Shown here piece after piece: positions 41,595 to 51,037 of a DNA stretch of 57,477 bases. Location of the stretch: positions 1 to 57,477 of the forward strand of contig JASJCW010000005.1 in NCBI GenBank assembly GCA_030065265.1, given 5' to 3'. The stretch comes from Prochloraceae cyanobacterium (GTDB lineage: Bacteria > Cyanobacteriota > Cyanobacteriia > Cyanobacteriales > JASJDA01). The notes under the pieces are model-generated. The model ran no database searches. It had not been told where the DNA came from and worked only from the letters and a program-made list of their open reading frames with translations. The translations under genes were made by a program, and so were the position numbers. The first letter of the stretch is position 1. Each line of letters opens with the position of its first letter.

Positions 41595-41837
41595 ATGAAA
41601 ATTCAAGTTAAAGTCAAACCTAATTCAAAAGAGCAAAAAGTCGAAAAATCCACTGATGGCAGCTTAATAGTCCGTTTAAAATCGCCTCCAGTCGATGGTA
41701 AGGCAAATAAAGAATTAATTGAATTACTAGCAAAAAAATTTAAAGTATCTAAATCAAAAATAAAAATAAAATCTGGTTTGTCAGCAAAAAATAAGCTGAT
41801 AGAAATTGATTCTATAATATCGTTAAATCCTGAATAA
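41595..41837 (+). CDS. DUF167 (YggU-like) family protein
   Basis: 80 aa. [11 protein letters not shown]...[38 protein letters not shown] matches the YggU signature (P.DGKAN..L...L). Confidence 0.75.
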   Translation: MKIQVKVKPNSKEQKVEKSTDGSLIVRLKSPPVDGKANKELIELLAKKFKVSKSKIKIKSGLSAKNKLIEIDSIISLNPE

Positions 41838-41956
41838 ATCCCTGAAATGTAATATTAATTAGCTCTAAAAATGAATACTTGAAGTGTCAATTTAAAATTA
41901 ATTCTAAATCCGGCATTATCCACGCCTAAGTAACGACGTGGAATAAAACAATGCAA

Positions 41957-43093
41957 TCAAGCTGCACCGACTAAAGATTTAGAATCAACTATGTTTTGAT
42001 AGTATTTTTTCAGTTGAGCAGTAGCAGCAGCCCAGCCCCATTTTTCCGCTTCCTTGCGAGCATTTTGACGTAACATTTCCCTTTCTTCTTTAGCTTCTAA
42101 AAGGCGAATTGTTGCCGCGATCGCGCCATTTTCGTCTTTAGGGTCGAACATATAACCGTTAACTCCATCGGTAACGATATCGGGAATGCCACCCGATCGC
42201 GCTGCAACTACCGGACAACCTGCGGCCATTGCTTCTAACAAGACTAAGCCTAAAGTTTCGGTACGAGAAGGAAAGACAAAAGCATCGGCCGAAGCATAAG
42301 CAGAAGCTAATTCTAAGCCTCTTAAATAGCCGACAAAATGGGTTGGAGTTCCTTTAAAATAGGCTTCTAAATTTTCGCGATGGGGGCCGTCGCCAACTAT
42401 AGCCAGACGAGAACCAGGAATTGCTTCTAAAACTGGTTTAATATTTTCGATTTGCTTTTCAGGAGAAACGCGACCGACGTAAATTAGAAGGGGGCTATCT
42501 GGGTGTCCTTGAGATAGGCGATCGCGCATCGAAGTTGAAGCTAAATGAGGCTGGAACATCTCGGTATCCACTCCTCTTTGCCACAAATCTACTCTTTCGA
42601 TGCCGTGCCCTCTTAATTCTTTTACCATTGCTGTAGAGGTGCAAAGGTTTAAATCGGCTTGATTGTGGGCTAATTTCAGCAATTCCCAGAGTACGCCTTC
42701 TAAAGCACCGAGTCCGTAGTGTTGCAGATATTGAGGTAAATGGGTGTGGTAAGAAGCGACTAAAGGTAAATTCATGCTTTTAGCATAAAATATTCCTCCT
42801 AGCCCTAAAACCGCCGGATTAACCACGTGAATTAAATCGGGATTAAATTCTTCAATAACATTTTTAGTACCCAGTGGAGGCAAAGCTAGCTTTAATTCGG
42901 GATACAATGGCAAGGGCATACCAGGAACGCCGTGAACTTGTGCCCCCTTATACTCAGTTATATTTCCTCCTTCTGGGGCAATAACTAGAACTCGATCGCC
43001 GTTGCGTTGCAAGTGTTCGACAGTATGGCAAAGTCGAGTTACTATTCCGTCTACTTTGGGTAAAAAAGTTTCTGTAAATAAAGCGATTCTCAT
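41957..43093 (-). CDS. sqdX: Sulfoquinovosyl-diacylglycerol synthase (GT4 glycosyltransferase SqdX)
   Basis: The N-terminus is MRIALFTETFLPKVDGIVTRL and the GT4 E-x7-E region is SRTETLGLVLLEAMAAGCPVV. It is located directly downstream of sqdB. Confidence 0.85.
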   Translation of the reverse strand: MRIALFTETFLPKVDGIVTRLCHTVEHLQRNGDRVLVIAPEGGNITEYKGAQVHGVPGMPLPLYPELKLALPPLGTKNVIEEFNPDLIHVVNPAVLGLGGIFYAKSMNLPLVASYHTHLPQYLQHYGLGALEGVLWELLKLAHNQADLNLCTSTAMVKELRGHGIERVDLWQRGVDTEMFQPHLASTSMRDRLSQGHPDSPLLIYVGRVSPEKQIENIKPVLEAIPGSRLAIVGDGPHRENLEAYFKGTPTHFVGYLRGLELASAYASADAFVFPSRTETLGLVLLEAMAAGCPVVAARSGGIPDIVTDGVNGYMFDPKDENGAIAATIRLLEAKEEREMLRQNARKEAEKWGWAAATAQLKKYYQNIVDSKSLVGAA

Positions 43094-43192
43094 AACTATA
43101 TGGTTGATTATTTAAGGTTCGCTCGATTCCTTTGATTGAACCGCTACCATTTTGCCTGAAATATCCTGTTTTTAATCATTTTTTTTTCGATC

Positions 43193-43305
43193 GGGGTAGT
43201 CGAGAGTGGGTATTGGATAGTGGTTAGTGGGTAGTGGGGAGTATCGATTAACTTTAAATTGAAAACCCCACTAACTACTAACTATTAACTACTTGCTACT
43301 CGCTC
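43193..43305. repeat. Two opposed heptamer arrays (TAGTGGG-type / CCACTAA-type) forming a long imperfect hairpin
   Basis: 43193-43239 (ggggtagtcgagagtgggtattggatagtggttagtgggtagtgggg) pairs imperfectly with 43266-43305 (ccccactaactactaactattaactacttgctactcgctc). The loop is about 26 nt. Confidence 0.7.
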
Positions 43306-43429
43306 GATAATTGTAATTGTTTAACAATGTTTCGATAATTTTACTGTCGTCGTACTGAGCCAAAATATGACGGCCAGCTGTTGGCCATCGATTTTGTTGA
43401 ACTAGATAAGGTTCTGTAATTAACCTCAT

Positions 43430-44605
<1,176 letters not shown>

Positions 44606-44794
44606 TTATTTGCCAATATTCGGTAAATTTACCAGGTATTGAGACCTTCTATAACATCTATTTAAATTCTTTCTCGATCTAAATTTTTCTAGCCGCCAAT
44701 GTCAGCCTGGATTTAGGGCTATTTTAGAAGAAATTTGGCTGGTTATTGTGGCGATCGCTTTTATGTTAAAAAAAAATAACATTTTAACTGTTAG

Positions 44795-45095
44795 GGATTG
44801 AGGACAATTTCTGTTCTAGCTCTTCGGTAGACTATAGGGAAGAGGCAATGGGCAAGAGGCAATGGGCAAGAGGCAATGGGCAAGAGGCAGCAGGCAAGAG
44901 GCAGCAGGCAAGAGGCAACAGGCAAGAGGCAACAGCGGTGAGACCCCGCGTCGAGCGTAAGCGCACCGCCCGGTCGGAGGTTTCCTCCGACTTAAGGACG
45001 GAGCAAGCAGACGCAAGGGAACGCTCACCAAGACAGGCAAGAGGTAAAAGATTTGGAAAATCGATCTTTCGTATTATTTTAGGCAATTAGGATCG
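44795..45095 (-). repeat. Composite MITE-like element (minus orientation) with heptamer array and nested GC-rich stem-loop module
   Basis: The array GGCAAGA/GGCAATG/GGCAGCA is at 44836-44935 and the GC-rich module is at 44937-45029. The reverse complement of 45040-45095 matches the left module of copy A (..AAAATAA..AGATCGATTTTCCAAATCTTTTACCTCTTGCC). Confidence 0.65.
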
Positions 45096-45179
45096 AACAG
45101 AATTGCTTAATTATAAGCTGAGAGCGATCTGTTGTTTGCTCGAGATGCTCTTTGCCAATTGTTTAACGATCTCTATTTT

Positions 45180-45851
45180 TTATTTTTCCGCTTCACGAGA
45201 AAGTCGATCGGCCACTCTGGTGGTTTCTGGTAAACGATATTTAGTAATGCAAGCCATAGTATATTTAATTGCAGTAGGGAGGCTAATGCGATGTCCGATC
45301 GAAACATAAATAGGTTTAACACCAGCGCGCGATCGCAAGATGGCACCGACGATTTCTTGTTTGTCCACTAAGGGTTGCCAACTGCCTTTTTCTGGGGCTA
45401 ATTCTTGATGTTTGCCAATCAATAAGGATTTAGCTACGCCAATTGTTGGTAAATCGATTATTACTCCTAAATGACTGGCTAAACCAATTCTTTTGGGATG
45501 AGCAATTCCCTGACCGTCGCATAAGATAAGATCTGGGCGGATCTTTAATTTTTCTAAAGCATCTAGAATAACAGGGACTTCGCGGAAAGATAAATATCCA
45601 GGAATGTAAGGAAATGTTGTTGGTTTTGAAGCGGTTACTTTTTCAACTACTTCTAAATTAGGAAAATCTAAAATTGCTATTGCGGCTACGCTGATGGCAT
45701 AATTATCTCGAAACCCGACATCAACTCCAGCGACGTATTTGACCGTCTCAATTCGATCTGTTCTAATTACTCGAGATCGAAGTTCATCTTGTATTGGTTT
45801 GGCTTCTTTTACTGTTGCGGGCCAGGGATGATTTAAAGTTATTTTCATCAA
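45180..45851 (-). CDS. nfi: Endonuclease V (deoxyinosine 3' endonuclease)
   Basis: The motifs VAGVDVGF, PYIPGYLSFREVP, ILCDGQGIAHPKRIGLASHLGV and PTIGVAKS are conserved EndoV motifs. Confidence 0.9.
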   Translation of the reverse strand: MMKITLNHPWPATVKEAKPIQDELRSRVIRTDRIETVKYVAGVDVGFRDNYAISVAAIAILDFPNLEVVEKVTASKPTTFPYIPGYLSFREVPVILDALEKLKIRPDLILCDGQGIAHPKRIGLASHLGVIIDLPTIGVAKSLLIGKHQELAPEKGSWQPLVDKQEIVGAILRSRAGVKPIYVSIGHRISLPTAIKYTMACITKYRLPETTRVADRLSREAEK

Positions 45852-46000
45852 AATTATTCCTCGATCTCAATTCTGCCCTCAAAGGTCATTTTTTCTGCTT
45901 AATATTTTAATGTTACAAACAAGCTACATAAATTTCAAAGAAATTATTTAAGTCGATCGCAAAAGATCGTTTTAAATTCAATCTTTATTGATTCAAAAAA

Positions 46001-46456
46001 TTAATCTTTTTTAAACTTTAATTTGCCTTCGAGCCAATCAACAATCAATCGAGGACAGTTCCTTGTAAACCAAAAAAAAGCAACTCTAACGGCTAAAGGT
46101 TTAGGTAAGCTTAAAAGTTTTTTTAAAAATTTATTGAGACGGGGAGAGCGAACTTTTTTATCGATAAAGTTAAGTTTACCAACATCGTAAAGGCGTTCGA
46201 CAATCATTTTAATGGCTACTTCTTCTCTTTTAGCCAAATTTTCTAACAATAAGTGAACTTCCTCCATGCGCTGATGTTTGAATTCTTCTTCTTGACGAAG
46301 TTCTTGTCTGCGCTGTGTTAGTTTGGGATTTTCAACTAAAGGAGCTTCTCCAGTAAACCCGGAGGTATTAAGGTTATCTCGATAACCATTCTCTTCTGGA
46401 AGTTTAATAATTTTTAAAGATTCGTCTTCGGGATATTTTGGCTCAGCCGCAGTCAT
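46001..46456 (-). CDS. Hypothetical protein
   Basis: 151-aa ORF with a charged helical middle and a basic C-terminus. No family is recognised. Confidence 0.4.
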   Translation of the reverse strand: MTAAEPKYPEDESLKIIKLPEENGYRDNLNTSGFTGEAPLVENPKLTQRRQELRQEEEFKHQRMEEVHLLLENLAKREEVAIKMIVERLYDVGKLNFIDKKVRSPRLNKFLKKLLSLPKPLAVRVAFFWFTRNCPRLIVDWLEGKLKFKKD

Positions 46457-46579
46457 AGTTCCTATCTATTTGAAAATGGTTAACGTTGATTGTAGAAAAA
46501 TCTACTCCAAATATAAGGGGATAATTAAATTATGAAAAATAATCTACCCTCGAGCGATCGAGGGTATTCATTTAGTAAT

Positions 46580-47551
46580 TTAGCGAACGAAACTCGGCAT
46601 TACTTCAGCCGCAGTGAATAAACCATTGATATGGCGATCGTGTAAAGCTACGGCTGCTTTAAGATAGCCAAAAGCTGGCCCGCAGACGTTAGCAGCCATA
46701 CTTGTCTCGTCGCCTAAAGTAAAAGTATGGGTTGAAGTTTTTCCTTCAAAAGTGCGTCCGGTTACTTGAACGTTAGTGCTGAGAGGCTTTTTCGGGTTGC
46801 GAGTATCGACGATACCGCCGACAGTAACGCGATCGCGACTGCAAATGCCGGCTAATTCTAACATCAGATCGTCGGCATGTTCCATATTCTCTAATTTGAG
46901 AATACCGTCAGTTCGATCTAAAAGCTCTTCTACTTCAGCATCGCTCATCGCTTTAGCCGTTTGAATGTCGTATCCGGGTAGATGGCCGATATCTTCTCTA
47001 ATTGTGGCGCGATAGGCTTCCCAATTAGCTATTCCCACCCCGAAAGTGATTTTAACGCTGTGAATTTCAGCATAACTTTGAGCGGCGATCGCGGCGGCGG
47101 CTGTTAACAAACCCGGAGTTGCACCGCAGCCAGTTAAATAAGTAATTCCAGCCGTTTGAAATTCTTTTGATAGTGCCAGCATCTGTTCCATTGCACTAGT
47201 CCTTTTCAGGGCATCGACTAGCACTCCAGACCAACCCGATTTAATAAATAATTTAGCAACATCGGCCATAAAAGTATTAGGTAAATTCGGCAAAGCCAAA
47301 AAATATCCATCAACAGCAGCATTATTAATTAAATCTTTAATTGCGTTCTCGCTGAGATGACCTAAATATCCTACCGAACCGCGATCGCGATAAACCGAAA
47401 TTAGTCGATCTACATCTAAACCTGCTGGGTTGAAAACGTATCCTTCGCGATCGGCTACAGCGACCAAAACCATATCCTGCTTTGCTTCTAAGACCCTAGC
47501 GGCTGCTTGTCCTAAACCGCCGAAACCCAAGACACCAACTCTTATCGTCAC
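46580..47551 (-). CDS. NAD(P)-binding Rossmann-fold oxidoreductase (saccharopine-dehydrogenase-like; specific function unclear)
   Basis: The N-terminus [19 protein letters not shown] is a GxGxxG motif. The protein is 323 aa with a mixed alpha/beta C-terminal domain. The family assignment is tentative. Confidence 0.5.
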   Translation of the reverse strand: MTIRVGVLGFGGLGQAAARVLEAKQDMVLVAVADREGYVFNPAGLDVDRLISVYRDRGSVGYLGHLSENAIKDLINNAAVDGYFLALPNLPNTFMADVAKLFIKSGWSGVLVDALKRTSAMEQMLALSKEFQTAGITYLTGCGATPGLLTAAAAIAAQSYAEIHSVKITFGVGIANWEAYRATIREDIGHLPGYDIQTAKAMSDAEVEELLDRTDGILKLENMEHADDLMLELAGICSRDRVTVGGIVDTRNPKKPLSTNVQVTGRTFEGKTSTHTFTLGDETSMAANVCGPAFGYLKAAVALHDRHINGLFTAAEVMPSFVR

Positions 47552-47828
47552 TTGTTTTGCTCTCTTAAATGTTAGTTTCCAGTATCGGTTCTGTATAGCC
47601 CCAACCCTTGTATATTTTTATAAAAAATTTCAACTTGACTTCTGGAAAAACTTAAGCAAAACTAACAAAATATAAGAGTAAAACAAGCATTACATATTAA
47701 ATTTTGCTAAGATTTGAATCGTACTCCTAACTTTGTTCGCAATAAATAAAGGCGGACATGGCATAAAAAATGTTTCTTCTTCAAATAAAGCAATTTTATT
47801 GTCTGAAGAAGCAAGGCGGGAAATAATT

Positions 47829-48047
47829 ATGAGTCTAGAAACACTCGAATTTGTGATTTACCCCGACGGTCGGGTACTCGAAAAAGTCACAGGAATTGTC
47901 GGCTCATCTTGTCAGGAGGTGACGGCGGCGATCGAAGCCGAACTAGGCCTAACTCTAGCTTCGGATAAAACCTCAGAATATTACGCCCAACAAGAAGTAA
48001 CTCAATCGGCAACAACGGCTAATAAAACGACGTTTAGCGATTGGTAG
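47829..48047 (+). CDS. Small DUF2997-like protein
   Basis: The internal ATG at 47829 gives MSLETLEFVIYPDGRVLEKVTGIVGSSCQEVTAAIEAELG... This pattern typically precedes DUF1257 genes in cyanobacteria. The upstream part of the ORF-track model has no support. Confidence 0.55.
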   Translation: MSLETLEFVIYPDGRVLEKVTGIVGSSCQEVTAAIEAELGLTLASDKTSEYYAQQEVTQSATTANKTTFSDW

Positions 48048-48200
48048 TTTTTGAGGGTGTAATTTTTTAGCGGCTTGTCTTGGTGATGCACTCTGATTTT
48101 TGCACTCACGACAAAATGCAAACAGCATAGATTTACTCATTAATTTGAGCGGATCGAGCTAACTTTTTAATTATTTAGTTCCAATTGGGTTATAGAAAAT

Positions 48201-48587
48201 ATGTCACATTTTACTAACATCAAAACTCAAATTCGTAATCTCCAGTCCTTAGAAGCGGCTTTAAGCGATCTAGCGATCGACTGGAAAAAAGGCCCTAGAA
48301 AAGTTAGAGGCTATCAAGGTCAAACTCGTCAAGCAGAAATTGCGATCGAACAAGACAACAATTACGATATTGGGTTTAGTTGGAATGGGTCTGAATACGA
48401 ATTAGTTGCTGACTTACAATATTGGCAACAAAATCTATCCGTAGATGGATTCATCAGACAAGTAACCCAACGTTACGCTTATCACACAGTAATTAACGAA
48501 AGTGCTAAGCAAGGATTTCAAGTTGCAGAACAACAAAACAATCAAGATGGTTCGATTCGTTTAGTAGTTCAACGTTGGAGCGCGTAA
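48201..48587 (+). CDS. ycf35: DUF1257 / Ycf35-like protein
   Basis: 128 aa beginning MSHFTNIKTQIRNLQSLEAALSDL, with ...YDIGFSWNGSEYELVADLQYW later. It resembles the Ycf35 family conserved in cyanobacteria and plastids. Confidence 0.65.
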   Translation: MSHFTNIKTQIRNLQSLEAALSDLAIDWKKGPRKVRGYQGQTRQAEIAIEQDNNYDIGFSWNGSEYELVADLQYWQQNLSVDGFIRQVTQRYAYHTVINESAKQGFQVAEQQNNQDGSIRLVVQRWSA

Positions 48588-49006
48588 TGTCGGAATTACC
48601 CCTCAATTCAAATCGTTCCGGCCAAGAGCCAGAATTAGGGGGTATATTTCGGGATGCTCCCTCTCGTTCGGGTTTCGAGCCAGAATTAGGCGGTCAATTG
48701 CGGCAAAAAGGCGTTTACGTCGATGAAATCACTTGCATTGGCTGCTTGCACTGCGCTCATGTTGCTCCGAACACTTTTTATATTGAAGAACAGTACGGAC
48801 GATCGCGCGTCTTCAATCAAGATGGCGATACTGAAGAAATAATTCAAGAAGCGATCGAAACCTGTCCGGTTGATTGTATCCACTGGGTCGATTATACCGA
48901 ACTAAAACAACTAGAAGAGGAAAGAATTCATCAAGTCGTCAAACCTCTCGGTTTCCCTAAAGCTCATAAGAAGAAGCCTATTCGTAAAAAAAGGAAGAGA
49001 CGCTAG
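48587..49006 (+). CDS. Ferredoxin-like iron-sulfur protein with basic C-terminal tail
   Basis: The Cys pattern is CIGCLHCAHVAP...ETCPVDCIHWV. ATG 48587 overlaps the TAA stop of the upstream gene by 1 nt. The tail is KAHKKKPIRKKRKRR. Confidence 0.75.
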   Translation: MSELPLNSNRSGQEPELGGIFRDAPSRSGFEPELGGQLRQKGVYVDEITCIGCLHCAHVAPNTFYIEEQYGRSRVFNQDGDTEEIIQEAIETCPVDCIHWVDYTELKQLEEERIHQVVKPLGFPKAHKKKPIRKKRKRR

Positions 49007-49044
49007 TAAACTTAGGACTCTTTCTGCTTGTTTATTTTTATCTA

Positions 49045-49080
49045 CCTCAATGGTTATATCTCAATCGTTGAGGTTTTTTT
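49045..49080 (+). terminator. Probable rho-independent terminator after the ferredoxin gene
   Basis: A stem forms between CCTCAA (49045-49050) and TTGAGG (49068-49073). An alternative tight hairpin is CTCAA-TCG-TTGAG. A T7 run follows at 49074-49080. Confidence 0.55.
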
Positions 49081-49172
49081 ATTTATGGCTAACAATGTCG
49101 GGCGAAAACCACTGTGTCTCGTACCTGTGGATGAAGCCCGACCAGTAACAAAACATCGCCTAGCGATACCGT

Positions 49173-49337
49173 CTAGCCTCTTTCCTTCTGAGTTTCAATA
49201 TATTTCTTGACTGCATCTTCGGAAATATGCCCGACAGAAGCATAGTAAGTTCCTTTGCTCCACAATCCAGAACCCCAAAACTTACGCTGTTTCAACTTAG
49301 GAAACTTGTTATAGCAACTAGAGATAATGCACTCGAA
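49173..49337 (-). pseudogene. tnpA: IS200-type Y1 transposase TnpA, C-terminal remnant only
   Basis: The minus-strand frame reads FECIISSCYNKFPKLKQRKFWGSGLWSKGTYYASVGHISEDAVKKYIETQKERG* and is bounded upstream by an in-frame TGA. The FW..LWS.GY..S.VG...E..V..YIE.Q pattern is the conserved C-terminus of IS200/IS605 TnpA. The N-terminal approximately two thirds, including the HUH motif, are absent. Confidence 0.6.
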
Positions 49338-50222
49338 TCAATCAAGCAATGTAAATTTAAGCGTAAACCACGTAAAAAGCCTACTTCTGGATTGCGTTAT
49401 GACAAACGCACCATGACATTAAGAGGAGAACAATTAACTCTTAGCTGTATTGGTAAGCGGGTCAAGTTAATTCTTAACGTGCCAAATTATTTTCGAGAAA
49501 TCTATAATAATTGGGACTTTAGAGGAGCGACGGTTACTTATACCAAACAGACTAGACAATTCTGGGTACGGTTAGTATTTGAACACCCCGATCCAGAAAA
49601 ACTTGAACATGGCGACGTTCAAGGTATTGATAGAGGACTCTATCATCTTTGCTCCACTCACGACGGTAAATTCTTCTCCTCAAACAAAATACGGGCTACT
49701 CAAAGACGTTATCTATACAATCGAAAACAATTGCAGCAAAAAGGCACTCGTTCTGCCAAACGTAGGTTAAAAGCTATGTCTGGTCGCGAGAAGCGGTTCA
49801 TGCGCGATATCAACCATTGTGTAAGTAAGGAATTAGCCAATCAACCTGAATATCGAACATTTGCTCTCGAAGACTTATCGGGAATACGCAACCAGAGACG
49901 AGGTAAAAAGCTCAATAAATGGCTATCTAGCTGGTCATTTTCCCAGTTAGAATTTTTCTTAGGCTACAAAAGCGTAGCTTTGGGGAAAGAAACAGCTTTC
50001 GTTGATGCTAGATATACCTCACAACGATGTAGTAGATGTGGGAATACCAACCGAGCTAATCGTAAAAAGTCTCGCTTCCACTGCCGTTCTTGCCACTTTG
50101 AAATTCATTCCGATATTAATAGCGGATTAAATATTCGAGACAACTATTTCCTTTCCTCTGCTCAAATTGAGTCGGAGGAACAGGCTCAAGTCAATGAGCC
50201 AATCGTAACAGCTTCGCGCTAG
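49227..50222 (+). CDS. tnpB: TnpB (IS605 OrfB) RNA-guided-endonuclease-family protein, apparently 5'-truncated (possible pseudogene)
   Basis: The RuvC triad contexts are GIDRG (D), ALEDL (E) and HSDINSGLNI (D). The zinc finger is CSRCG...CRSC. The first roughly 30 codons are antisense to the tnpA remnant and show no TnpB-like sequence. The usual N-terminal approximately 80-100 aa of TnpB are missing. Confidence 0.75.
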   Translation: MPDRSIVSSFAPQSRTPKLTLFQLRKLVIATRDNALESIKQCKFKRKPRKKPTSGLRYDKRTMTLRGEQLTLSCIGKRVKLILNVPNYFREIYNNWDFRGATVTYTKQTRQFWVRLVFEHPDPEKLEHGDVQGIDRGLYHLCSTHDGKFFSSNKIRATQRRYLYNRKQLQQKGTRSAKRRLKAMSGREKRFMRDINHCVSKELANQPEYRTFALEDLSGIRNQRRGKKLNKWLSSWSFSQLEFFLGYKSVALGKETAFVDARYTSQRCSRCGNTNRANRKKSRFHCRSCHFEIHSDINSGLNIRDNYFLSSAQIESEEQAQVNEPIVTASR

Positions 50223-50289
50223 TTACAAGCGACGTGGGCTTGTCCCCGTCGTAATTGACGCCCCATCTCTGCTTTGCAAACTTCTCCTA

Positions 50290-50397
50290 ATAACGTTTCT
50301 ATTTAAAATTGCTACAGTCAGGGGTCAGAGGTCAGAGGTCAGAAGTCAGAAGTCAGGATAACATCGTATCTGTAGCCTGATTTTTCAGAAATGATAT
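50290..50397 (-). repeat. Composite MITE-like element, GGTCAGA-heptamer subfamily (inverted copy of 35706-35867)
   Basis: The heptamer array is at 50317-50356. The reverse complement of 50361-50397 is TATATCATTTCTGAAAAATCAGGCTACAGATACGATG, compared with 35706-35742. The segment TTTCTATTTAAAATTGCTACAGT matches the reverse complement of 35838-35860. Confidence 0.65.
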
Positions 50398-50417
50398 AAA
50401 TTGGGCTTCAAAGGGAA

Positions 50418-50550
50418 TAATACCGTTTCCCTAAAATAACACTACAGATCGATTTTACAAATCTTTTACCTGTTGCCTGTTGCCTGTTGCTTCTTGCCTG
50501 TTGCCTCTAGTCACCAAAGTGTAGCAACTCTAAACAAAATTGATATAAAT
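50418..50550 (+). repeat. Composite MITE-like element, CCTGTTG-heptamer subfamily
   Basis: The left module is ATAATACCGTTTCCCTAAAATAACACTACAGATCGATTTT (compare 6569-6605). The array is at 50469-50507 and the right module is GTGTAGCAACTCTAAACAAAATTGATATAAAT. Confidence 0.65.
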
Positions 50551-50649
50551 CAGCAAGATAAGGAAATACTAGACTAATTTACGATTAAATATCGCTTTTT
50601 GGAGTCCTATCGAATTATTTTAAATATGCTGAAAAATTAAGTGGTTTTT

Positions 50650-50814
50650 TAGTATATTTAATCGTTAGGTAATTTACAAAACTTTTTTTGCCTCTTGCCT
50701 GTCTTGGTGAGCGTTCCCTTGCGCGTTAGCCTCGCGCGGGGTCTCACCGCTCTTGCCTCTTGTCTATTGCGTATAATCGCCGAAGTGTAGCAACTCTCAA
50801 CAGAATTGGTATTA
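50650..50814 (+). repeat. Composite MITE-like element with nested GC-rich module
   Basis: Heptamers flank GGTGAGCGTTCCCTTGCG...CGCGGGGTCTCACC (50706-50748). The right module GTGTAGCAACTCTCAACAGAATTGGTATTAAT is nearly identical to that at 50518-50550. The left boundary is unclear. Confidence 0.55.
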
Positions 50815-50842
50815 ATTGTCTCCAAATCTTTGCCGATCTGAT

Positions 50843-50901
50843 ATTTGACGACTCGTCAATTAAAAAGCTTTCTTTAAAGGGTATTTATATCTACACAAAA
50901 T
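50843..50901 (+). promoter_or_regulatory. Upstream repeat module 1 with perfect palindrome TTGACGA-C-TCGTCAA (50846-50860)
   Basis: It aligns over about 58 nt with 51038-51096. Identical blocks are TATTTGAC, GTCAATTAAAAAGC, TTTAAAG and GTAT. Confidence 0.35.
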
Positions 50902-51037
50902 ATTTCGCCGATCGCATATATTAGAAGGATATATAATTTTACCTAACTAAATAAATAATCTCTAGTTTTAAGCAATACAAATACGACTCTTTGTCAAAGG
51001 TTAATTTAGATTAAACTTTACAGAAAAACTAATTTAC

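Larger units (their letters stand above)
49087..50285 (+). mobile_element. IS200/IS605-family (IS605-like, divergent tnpA/tnpB) element with an internal deletion; boundaries approximate
   Basis: The left subterminal hairpin is GTCGGGC(49097-49103)...GCCCGAC(49136-49142). A tnpA 3' fragment on the minus strand abuts an N-terminally truncated tnpB on the plus strand. Hairpins follow the tnpB stop (ACAAGC..GCTTGT, GCGACG..CGTCGT at 50224-50252). Confidence 0.7.

Noticed and set aside
44816-45090. Three ORFs (74-84 aa, both strands) over the heptamer array and GC-rich module
   Set aside because: These are repeat-derived low-complexity translations (LLPLACCLLPAASC... / GKRQQARGNRQ...). They are mutually overlapping and are artefacts of the repeat.
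45103-45309. 68-aa plus-strand ORF overlapping the 3' end of nfi
   Set aside because: It is antisense to the conserved endonuclease V C-terminus and begins in repeat-flanking DNA.
47733-47828. N-terminal 32 codons of the ORF-track model 47733-48047
   Set aside because: They start at a non-ATG codon in AT-rich DNA. The conserved-looking protein starts at ATG 47829 (MSLETLEF...).
49028-49210. 60-aa plus-strand ORF between the ferredoxin gene and tnpB
   Set aside because: It spans the terminator hairpin and T-run, the IS left-end hairpin, and the antisense of the tnpA remnant. It is not a plausible gene.
50656-50669. 14-nt identical string ATTTAATCGTTAGG, also found at 55702-55715
   Set aside because: A 14-nt AT-rich match is expected by chance in a window of this size. 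The flanks do not align.
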